Assembly (NCBI GenBank): GCA_964016885.1
Contig: OZ024749.1
Coordinates: 38,874,001-38,938,000 of the forward strand
Direction: 5' to 3'
Source: Eledone cirrhosa
Taxonomy: Eukaryota
DNA: 64,000 nucleotides
The notes under the pieces were generated by a model. The model had not been told where the DNA came from and made no database searches. It saw nothing but the letters and a program-made list of their open reading frames with translations. Below, piece by piece: positions 53,026 through 64,000 of the stretch. A program made the translations under genes and the position numbers. The number at the start of each line of letters is the position of its first letter. Position 1 is the first letter of the stretch.

Positions 53026-55820
53026 GGAAAAGGTATGACCTCGACGGCAGAGCTCAAGCCGTTTCGACGGCTATTTCAGGACAATTCCCTTGTTATAGAG
53101 AGAGAGAATGATAATGGATGGATTCCTGCTGGGTGTCAGGAAGTGACTACAGTTTAAAAAAAGTACCCAGTACCTTAGTAGAGTATAGTTCTAGTCCTGT
53201 AGAAGTTATTTCTATATATAAAACATACACACACATATATATGTGAGTGTGTGAACATATCAGGATTTAACTGGTTTTAAACTAGTTAGACCATTATTCA
53301 ACAGAGTACTCGATAATTGAGATAGTAATGTGACTATATATATGTGTACATACAAATATATATAAATGGAAGTACAGCATAATCGAAGCTCTGGTTGCAG
53401 CTAAGCACTCAATAAGGTATTTTACCTTCGAGTAATAACATTACATTTAGACAGCTATGCAAATTGAAGATTGCAACCAGTAAGCCAGCCCAATATGTGT
53501 GTGTGTGTGTGTGGAACTGTTAAGTCCAGCTTGATGATGAAAACAATATTAAGCCTTATCTCCCTTTGTTTATCCTTGTAGGTCTTTTGTGGAGAGGGTC
53601 TCTTCTTGTGAGAATCTAAAGATATTAAGTTGCCAAAAATGTCATTAAAATAATCTCATCACCACAACCACAATCATCTTCGTCATCATCGTAATGACTG
53701 TACTAGTGAGAGTAAAATAAATAAATAAATACACTAGACACCCCGAGATCAATAGATATAGTACCAGTATAACACTAGGGTCATTATAATCAACTTTATC
53801 TTCCCCATTCCCATGTGCCAATATTAGAAACATAATTGTTGTTGTTGTTGTTGTTAGATGGTATTGATGTTTTGGTTGCTATAACTGTCAGACTACAGTT
53901 CTTGGTGTCTTGGAGGAAAAGTATTCTTTGCTCCACCTCTCCTTTCTGTTAAGTATTTAATCCTTCCCACCTGTCTACCTTCCATACTGCTTCATAGCTG
54001 TCCTTAGTTTTTGTGTCAAGGACTTTCCGGATAATTCATCATCATCATCATCATCATTATCATCATCATATATTATTATTTTGGGTAATTGCTGGCCTTG
54101 TGCCTAACGTAGAAACAATTATTATTATTATTATTATTATTATTATTTGTTCTGAGTTCTAATTCTGCCAAGGTTAACTTTGCCTTTCATCCTTATGGGG
54201 GTTGATAGAATAAAGTACCAGTAACACACTGGGGTCGATTTAATCGACTTTCCTCTTCTCTTTAAATTGCTGGCCTTGTGCCTAAAATTAGAAACAATTA
54301 TTATTTACACTCCAGATGTTACAAAACAACAACAGTAACATAACCTAATTAGTTTTCTGTAACCAATTTATTTTGCTTTTAATTTTTTTTTAATTTTATT
54401 TTAAGATTTTTTTTTTTTTTAATATTTTGCCATCTGTTGTATATATTTGTTATTTGCCAATCTTGCTTTATATTTATTTTTTATTTCTTATTCTATATTT
54501 TATATATATTTCTTTTTCTGTTTTTTTTTTTTCTTTTCTTTTGAAATACAAAATATCAAGAATAAAAGAAATACCTGATAAAGAAATTAGTTTTCTAAAT
54601 TGTTCAATTTTTTAATTCTTTCTTTCATTCATTCAATCATTTATTTATTCACCTCCTTTCTTTCTATATGAAAGAAAAGAGAAGTCATCGACTTCACTGA
54701 GTGTGTGTCTTAGTTTTCTGTGTGTTAGTAATTCTTCTGTGATGTCTGGTTATGTCATTTCTGTTGCTTGTTGGTCATGTTATTGTTGTTGTTGGCTGGA
54801 AATCATCATTGTTGATATTATTGTTGTTGTTATTGTTTTATCGTTTTTGTTATTGTTGCAGTTGTAGTCATCATGTAAATCTAATCAGTTCAGTCCAAGC
54901 TGACCTATGAAGCTAGCCAGAATATCATAAGACATTTTATGGGCAAAGCCAGTCAGGGGTAGACCTAGAAGTAGATCGTGAGCAAGATGGTTGGATAATA
55001 TCCATAAGCTCAGTTGATCTCACTTGGGGAATCCAGCTGGATGATTTTGTGACAGTTGCTTCTGATAGCATCTTCTGGAGGCCAGTCTAAAGACTCTGCC
55101 CCAACAACCTACCCAGGAATAAGTAGGTGAAGAAGAAAAAGATCTATGATCTTGTCTTGTGTCAGTCAGTGTGTTGTGGTGTGTTTTTGTGACCATGAAG
55201 TCAGGTGAAATTTGTTTGATGCGAATATCATGAGCATTGTTTCAATGTTTAGTTAGTTCATTTTGTCTGTTTAAATCAGTGTTTACATATGTATTGAGTT
55301 GATTTTATGTTTAGATCCATGTTTCCATATGTATTTAGTTCATCTTGTCTGTCTAAATCAGTGTTTCCATATGTAGTGAGTTCATTTTGTCTGTCTTGAT
55401 CAGTTTTTCCATATGTATTGAGTTCATCTTGTCTGTCTAGATCAGTGTTTCCGAAACTGGATTCACAGGAAACACTGTTTCCCAGAAAATATTCTGGGAT
55501 TCCACAAGATAGGTCTTTTGATATATTTCAGCAAAAGTTTTTCTTTTTTTTTTTAATGAATAAATTCTCTCTTTAAAAGAATTTGTTTTATTTAATATCT
55601 TATTAAAATTAGTCAGTATTGTATGAAAGGGATTCTAAGATGAAATGTTTTTTTAGTAAAATTTAATAAAAGTCTATATTTTTTCAAAATTAATTGAAAA
55701 ACATTGGTAATGTATTTCATTAGAAATATGAGAATAAATGGTTTAATAGTGAATTCTAGATGCAGAATAAAAGGTTTTTGAGATTAGAAGTGAAAAGGTT
55801 AGTAAAAGTGAACATCACTC

Positions 55821-56046
55821 TTAACCCTTTGGCATTTAAACTGGCCATATCCGATCAGAATTGTCTCACCTCTTTCTGCTCAAGCTGGTTATATCTGGCC
55901 GCTCCTACTGATGTTAAGGTATTGTTCTCAAAATAAATAATATAAAAATCTCATAGATTCGATATGTGAAATAATTATGTAAGGTAAAGCCTTTACTGTG
56001 AAAATATAATAGTAAATATAGTGTAATGTAAATGCTAAAGGGTTAA
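55821..56046. mobile_element. piggyBac-like MITE (family B)
   Basis: TTAA-CCCTTTGGCATTT...AAATGCTAAAGGG-TTAA. Confidence 0.8.
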
Positions 56047-56764
56047 ACCTAAAAGTTAATGTAAATAAATTTATAATATTTCTTTAATGAACACCTAGGT
56101 GTTTTTAGTTAAATATTAATTTTCACAGCGGTGGCAAGTTGGCAGAGTCGTTAGAGCATAGCATAGCACAAAAGGCTTGCCATATTTCTTTAACTCTCTG
56201 CTTTAAGGTCAAATTTGCCTTTCACACCTTCTTTTTTAGAGGTAAATAAAGAAATTTTGATGGATTAGTGGAATTGTTAGCACATCAGGCGCCACGAAAA
56301 AGCACCCAGCACTCACTGTAAATGAGGTTGGTGTTAGGAAGGGCATCCAGCTGTAGAAATCGAGCCAAATCAGTTCCTGTATGAACAAGGCATGGTCAGC
56401 CGACCAGACACTGCCCACAACATGGCAACCCGTCTAACACATGCTAGCGTGGAAGAACGGACGTAAAACGGTGATGATGATGATGATGATCAGACGAGAT
56501 GTCTCTCAATATTCATTCAGGGTTTTTTTATGTTTTGAGTTCTAATCCTCATCTGACCTTCGTAGGTGGTAGACTTAAAAGATTAAATTCCAGATATTTT
56601 CTGACCCAGTAAATTGCTTGAATATATTATGAAAAACAAAATTAATATAAACAAAACACTAATATTCTCTTATCTAATCCTTTGTTTAACACAATTTTGT
56701 GTGTGCGTGCTGTTCTTGAGTCCTGTTTGTGTAATATATTAGATCGGCTTTCATCTTAACATGG

Positions 56765-57345
56765 CATAGAAATCACCCTAACAGGTTCGGGTAGGGGTGC
56801 TGTATTTACATAATATAGAAACTACCCCAACAGGGTCGGCTGGGTTTGTATTTACATAATATAGAAACCACCCCATCAGGGTTGGATGGGGTTGTATTTA
56901 CATAATATAGAAACTACCCTCACTGGGGTGTGGGTAATGTTCTATGTCAGGTGGGGTGTTGTATTTACATAATATAGAAACTACCTCACTGGGGTATGGG
57001 TAATGTTCTATGTCAGGTGGGAGTTTGTATTTACAGAATATAGAAACCACCCCATCAGGGTTGGATGGGGTTGTATTTACAGAATATAGAAACTACCCCC
57101 ACTGGGGTATGGGTAATGTTCTATGTCAGGTGGGGGTTGTATTTACAGAATATAGAAACTACCCTCATGGGTGGGGATAATGTTCTATGTCAGGTGGGGG
57201 GGGGGGGTTGTATTTACAGAATATAGAAACTACCCTCACTGGGGTGTGGGTTTGTATTTACATAATATAGAAACTACCCCTCACTGGGGTGGGGATAATA
57301 ATATATATCGGATGTTTTATTGACATAATATAGAAACCACCCCAG
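56765..57345. repeat. Variable-length minisatellite
   Basis: TGTATTTACATAATATAGAAACTACCC...GGGG units. Confidence 0.85.
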
Positions 57346-57619
57346 TGGGGATGTGTTAACCCTTTAGAATTCCAACTGGCCATACCCAGTCAGAATTTTC
57401 TCACCTCTTTCACTTAAAACTAGCCATAACTGGCCACTCATACTGATGTTAAGGTATTGTTCTCAAAATAAATAATATCAAAATCTCAGAATTGATATTA
57501 CGTGAGATAATTATGTAAGGTAAAGCCTTTACCACAAAAATACAATAGGAAATATAGAGTAATGTAAATGTTAAAGGGTTAAATGTCTTATGTGAGATGG
57601 GTATTGGCTGTATGTAATT

Positions 57620-57803
57620 TAATTGTTTCTACTTTTGACACAAGGCCAGCAATTACCCAGTACATTACTGGTACTTTATTTTATCGACCCCGTAAGGATT
57701 AAAGGCAGAGTTGACCTCGGCGGGGGTTTGAACTCAGAATGGAAAGGGCCGTAACTCTATGCGTCAAAGCATGGTGTCCGACTACCGATACTGCCAATCC
57801 ACC
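57620..57803 (-). mobile_element. tRNA-derived SINE (family 1)
   Basis: Reverse-complement A/B boxes and conserved centre. Confidence 0.8.
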
Positions 57804-58197
57804 CTGTATGTAATTTAATGTGGAATGGGATGCTAGCCATGTTTTTTCTTCTTCGATAGCTGATTCCTACATTCAACTTTGTTGGGTGTCAAAGACTAGA
57901 AAAATCCTGATCACAATCTGTCATTACATTGTTGTATGTCAAGTTCTGTGACTGTAGTGGTGGTGGTGGTGATGGTGGTCTGGGGGTGTAGTAGTGACCT
58001 TTGTAGGTCACACTATCTTACATATTAGTAGGGGTGGGGTAAAGAAAAATACATAAAGGAAAATATAATTGCTCAGAGTTCATAATTCACTTAGTTTTGT
58101 TATTTACTTTTCATATCCTGTTCACTGTTAGTATCCTGTTCAGTTAGTTTGTAACTAAGAACAGGTACCACTCATGTCACCTCCACTCAAGCTCCCC

Positions 58198-58620
58198 CTC
58201 ATACTACCTTCACTCATACCATCATCACTCAGGCATCACTTATTATTCCACCTTCACTACGCTCCACTTAGGCCACCTCCATTCAGGGACCACTCAGACA
58301 CTACTCATTCTACCTCTACTAAGCTCAACTCATACCTCATACTACCTCCACTCATACCATCATCACTCAGGCATCACTTATTATTCCACCTTCACTACGC
58401 TCCACTTAGGCCACCTCCATTCAGGGACCACTCAGACACTACTCATTCTACCTCTACTAAGCTCAACTCAGGTACAACTCATACCTCATACTACCTCCAC
58501 TCATACCATCATCACTCAGGCATCACTTATTATTCCACCTTCACTACGCTCCACTTAGGCCACCTCCATTCGGGGACCACTCAGACACTACTCATTCTAC
58601 CTCTACTAAGCTCCACTCAT
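58198..58620. repeat. ~138-149 bp tandem triplication
   Basis: CTCATACTACCT...ACTAAGCTC repeated three times. Confidence 0.85.
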
Positions 58621-59184
58621 ACCACCACCCCCCACTCAGACATTACTCATCCCATCTCAACTCTGGTACAACTCATACCTCATACTACTCAGACACCTCT
58701 GAAACCACTTCAACTGAGGCACCCTTCATACAACAAACTCAGGCATGACTCATGCTACTTGTACTCAAGCTCCACTCCCAACTTACTTATCTTCCTCTCG
58801 CCACTCATGACTCTCCCTGGAATTAAACAACAACAACAACAACAATAACATTAAACAATAACAACAAACTGTGTTATGTATAAAGAGATTTATTTTGTTG
58901 GGTTTCATCTTTTTGTCCTTAATTCTACTGTAGAGAAACATGTAAAAGGGATTCATGAAAGGGTCTGTATGTACGTGGGTGTATATATATGTATATATGT
59001 ATATATGTATGTGTGTATATGTATATACATATGTATACCCGTCTAACCCATGCTAGCGTGGAAGAACGGACGTAAAACGGTGATGATGATGATGTATGTA
59101 TATATAAACCAACCAAACAGTGAGTGTGTTCTGTTATTAATTCTGGCAATATTACGCAAATATGACCCTCCCCAAATATAACAA

Positions 59185-60265
<1,081 letters not shown>

Positions 60266-61003
60266 AAACAAATACTAAAAAGGAAAAAAAATACAGTAGA
60301 AAATGGTGGAGGGATTTTTTTCAGTATAATGTTAAAACATTTATTTATAAAGTGGGGATTTCCGCATATACATATATATGGACGTGTTTTGAATTGTATA
60401 TTTTCTAAATTACGTTGTTAAAAATTATTTATAACCTAAAGTAAGTCTTTATGTCCGAAACTAAATACATTTCCCACTGCAGCAATCATCGTACAGTAGT
60501 TGATTCACTTTCTTTTTAACGTACTAATACCGAAAGTGTACCAACAGAGTATAATTCATAAATTTCAGACATTTGATTTTCTAGTTTATTTTTCTCTGTT
60601 GTAAATCGTAAGTATAGAAGGATGTGAGAGATATAATCAAGATAGATAATTTCATTGTCATTGTGGAAATTGGAGACATAGACAGAGAGAGGGGGGGGGG
60701 GGTGCTAATACTTATGTTCCTCAAAAATGTTCTTGATTGAAATGTAATGGAGATGCTTCCGTGTTGTTGTTGTGAAAATGATATTAAAAGAAAATTCCTT
60801 TTAATTTGCTGCTAAATGTTTTTATCTTTTCGAAATTTTTGAAAACGCTTCTTTCAGCAGTCATTCACGGTAAAAAAAAAAGAATTAAAAAATAAAATAA
60901 AGATAAAAGACGAAAACACTAGAAGAGTTATTTCCCCTGCAACACGAAATTTATAGTTTATGGATTGTGTTCATGACGTTTGCGTGTAAGTACATATACA
61001 TGT

Positions 61004-61054
<51 letters not shown>

Positions 61055-62015
61055 AAAGAATAGAGGTGTAACACACAAGTTAATATATATATATATAATT
61101 TATATATATATAGAGAGAGAGAGAAGGGAGAGAGGCGAACACTCATATATATATAAACACATATCTATATATATGTGTTCGCCTGTTCTCCCCCCACCCT
61201 CTATATATTTATAGAAGGGTTCTGACTCTTTTCATATATATATATATATATGATATAGAAAGAGAGAGGGAGAGAGGAGAGAAATATATATACGTGTATG
61301 TTTATATATGTGTGTGTGTGTGTGTGTGTGAGAAAGATTATGTATGTGTGTTTTATACAGTTTTGAAGTTATTGTTGGAATGAATAAATAAGTTTTTTTT
61401 TCTTTTTCTTTTACTCATCGTAATTCTCCAAACACCAGACGACACTCTAATACATATAATGACAAACCCCTGTTGGTTTATTAACTCTCATTTTCTCATT
61501 GCAAAGAAACATTTGTCATGTGGGTTGATATAGTCTTAAATTTTCCAGAAAATTGGAAACACAGATTTCTACGCTGGTCTGATGCTTGATTCAAATTCAA
61601 TTAATTGATTAAAAGCCTTCAAAGTTTAAATTTGGTTTTGGTTTGATCCAATGATTTCAAAAAATAAAATACAAATGTGTTTGTTATCTTACATACCTTC
61701 ACAAAATTGTATTCCTTTCAACAGAGAATAGTCATAAAATTTATGCTGCTTCCTCTTAGAAACCACGATATACTTTGCAGTTTTCGACTCGAAAGAAAAC
61801 AAGTCATACTTCCTAAGCATAAAATTTATATTTTATCGCGATTACTTTTAAAATAAGTAAAGTAACGTTTAGAAATACATAAATGCTGACAGAATGTATC
61901 GACTGTTTAATAATGTTTCGAGGAGTGATTGAGCTTAAAGCGAACTCTCCTCCTCCGATAACATCAGCAGAATATTCTTCAAAATATGAAATATTCATTA
62001 GAAAAGTTATTCTTT

Positions 62016-62390
62016 TCAGTAACCCCGCTGACGAATCTGTGAACCAAACGTTGTTATTTCGTAGATACAAGAACCAGGAGAGTCTGTGTGAGCTAAACCT
62101 ACTAGGAGGCTTCTTTTACATTTGCAGGCTACCAACAGAGTTTCGTCAGCCCTACCAACGAAGGTGTTTGGTGATGTATGATGTATACAGGTGTAGGAAT
62201 TACCTGCCACCTTCATCTGTACCATTTGTTTTTGTTCATCCGTTAGACAATGCATTAACGATTTAATCTCATCAACACTTAACTCCACTCCGTCAGTATT
62301 GGCTATTTTTTCTCCATTGAAGTTGTAGATAGCCGCTTGTTCAACTTTACCTCGAGCCGTCAGTTTATACAGAACATCCCTCATCAACAT
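62016..62390 (-). CDS. Intronless profilin-family (profilin-4-like) protein, 124 aa
   Basis: MLMRDVLYKLTARGKVEQAAIYNFNG...SVDEIKSL...VAGNSYTCI...LLVG...PGSCIYEITTFGSQIRQRGY has profilin-like length and motif spacing; an in-frame TAA just upstream makes ATG 62390 the first start. Confidence 0.75.
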   Translation of the reverse strand: MLMRDVLYKLTARGKVEQAAIYNFNGEKIANTDGVELSVDEIKSLMHCLTDEQKQMVQMKVAGNSYTCIHHTSPNTFVGRADETLLVACKCKRSLLVGLAHTDSPGSCIYEITTFGSQIRQRGY

Positions 62391-62530
62391 TTTCACCTGT
62401 TATTGTTGTTTGACTACAATTGGTATATTTAGATTGGTACCTTTTCGTTCTTCTAAGAGACAAACAATGCCGGGAGATGTTACAACTTCAACAGCTTTGA
62501 TTACTGTTTCAGATAGATAGAGTTGTAACG

Positions 62531-62570
62531 TTTTATATCTCTGTCCCTGCTATTTATTATCATTTGATTG
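62531..62570 (-). promoter_or_regulatory. Candidate TATA and CCAAT boxes for the profilin-like gene
   Basis: On the - strand, CCAAT (62570-62566) is followed by TATAAAA (62537-62531), about 140 bp upstream of the ATG. Confidence 0.35.
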
Positions 62571-63287
62571 GCACGGCACATGCATACATGTACATACAAA
62601 CATACAAACACTTACATACACACCCTTACACATATACACTCACGTAGATAAGCACCTGTTAGTTAGCGGAAGTGGGCGTGTATATATATATATACTTATA
62701 TATATCTGAGTGTCAATAAGATCAGAGACTTTGTGTTAGACGCGCGAATGGAAAACCAGCAAAGATATAGAAACAATAATAAAACAAAACATTTGTTACC
62801 GGCTTTCTATGTGGAATGACGTAATGTATTACACCCAACCCTGAAGATAAGTTCCCGCTCATACAGTTCAGGAACCTTTGTAAAAACAAAAATAAAGCTT
62901 ATCAGAATGTGGAAAGGTATTTTAGTTCTTGAAAGGATTCATTTTAAGATAGCGTGGTCAAGTTAACTGATTTATGTTTATTTCAAGCGGTTATATATTT
63001 TAACAGAAGTGGCTAGTCGCAGGTGGGAGCCTCGGGAGTTGGAATGGCTCTTCCAACACGTCACCCTCACCAGCCTTCGGGGTAACTCCTTCTCTATTCT
63101 TTGCCCGCCGGGACCGCGGGGCGGCCAGTCAACCGGGACCTCAGGGCAACTAGTCCGACGGGGCCACGGGGCAGTTAGTCCGCTGGGCAGCCAGCGCGTG
63201 GGCCCACATTTGCTAATAACAGTGAGAGATGGGGAGAGCAGGAGAGACGGAGACAGGGGGAATTTGGTTCTTTTGTGCTCGGACTTG

Positions 63288-63365
<78 letters not shown>

Positions 63366-63491
63366 GTAGGAGGTGAGTTTTATTGTAGTACAATAAAGCA
63401 ATGCAGATATCGGATAAGAAGCACTCTACAGTTTGTAGGACTGGAGTATACATAATATAAGATCAAAAGATGGTTAAAGGAGTTCCATGTA

Positions 63492-63558
63492 TTTTATTAT
63501 GCGCATTTCAAAAACAAACATCATCATGCAATAATATTTGTGTTTTCATCAGATAAAA
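63492..63558 (-). ncRNA. Type I hammerhead ribozyme motif (family B)
   Basis: UUUUAU-CUGAUGA-[stem II]-GAA-AUGCGCAU-A-AUAAAA. Confidence 0.8.
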
Positions 63559-63797
63559 CAGGAGAACATGATATGAAGGCTAAAAAACACTTGTGGATAG
63601 TGCAGTTTTAAATCAACATATCAATAATCGTTTCGACCCCTGCTTATTAATTTTTCAGATTTGTTCGAATCCCCCCATCCCCACTTATTAATTTTGACTA
63701 TTCTATGTCCGGTAAGATTTCATTTCAAGTGATAATATGTTGATTTAAAACTGCACTATCCACAAGTGTTTTTTAGCCTTCATATCATGTTCTCCTG

Positions 63798-63864
63798 TTT
63801 TATCTGATGAAAACACAAATATTATTGCATGATGATGTTTGTTTTTGAAAAGCGCATAATAAAA
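63798..63864 (+). ncRNA. Type I hammerhead ribozyme motif (family B, inverted copy)
   Basis: Same motif as 63492-63558 with one T>A change in the stem III palindrome (63851). Confidence 0.75.
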
Positions 63865-63896
63865 TACATGGAACTCCTTTAACCATCTTTTGATCT

Positions 63897-63960
<64 letters not shown>

Positions 63961-64000
63961 CACGGATACACATTTAGCTAATTACGTTGACCGGTGACTA

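Larger units (their letters stand above)
63365..63904. mobile_element. Hammerhead-bearing foldback element (family B) with 170-bp arms
   Basis: Arms 63452-63621 and 63735-63904, 113-bp spacer, (TA)n on both sides. Confidence 0.75.

Noticed and set aside
58174-58848. 224-aa ORF
   Set aside because: Arises from a tandem triplication; no recognisable domain
61883-62266. 127-aa + strand ORF
   Set aside because: Antisense shadow of the profilin-like CDS; no motif
63622-63662. Hammerhead-like CTGAAAA...GAAACGATT on the - strand of the spacer
   Set aside because: C3/A8 mismatch and no credible stem II

Overview
Eukaryotic, AT-rich, microsatellite- and SINE-dense animal DNA. The repeat landscape suggests an octopus or other coleoid cephalopod (inference only). 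The main gene is a complete 20-coding-exon POMGNT1 orthologue on the + strand (ATG 19521, stop ending 49614, 651 aa by my assembly), and it needs one GC-AG intron. An intronless profilin-4-like ORF lies on the - strand (62390-62016). The rest is tRNA-derived SINEs, RTE-like LINE fragments (one with a twin-priming-type inversion), a mariner relic, TTAA/TA MITEs, a 5.4-kb 113-bp satellite and many minisatellites. The most striking signal is a set of small (TA)n-embedded foldback elements carrying type I hammerhead-ribozyme motifs with palindromic stem III: 8 motifs from 4 unrelated sequence families, plus a half-hammerhead family. In two cases the inversion junction falls exactly at the predicted self-cleavage site, and one motif carries the compensatory U3-A8 core variant. 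They resemble Penelope-like pseudo-LTR or retrozyme relics, but no PLE ORF is seen here. All calls were made by eye; nothing was run.
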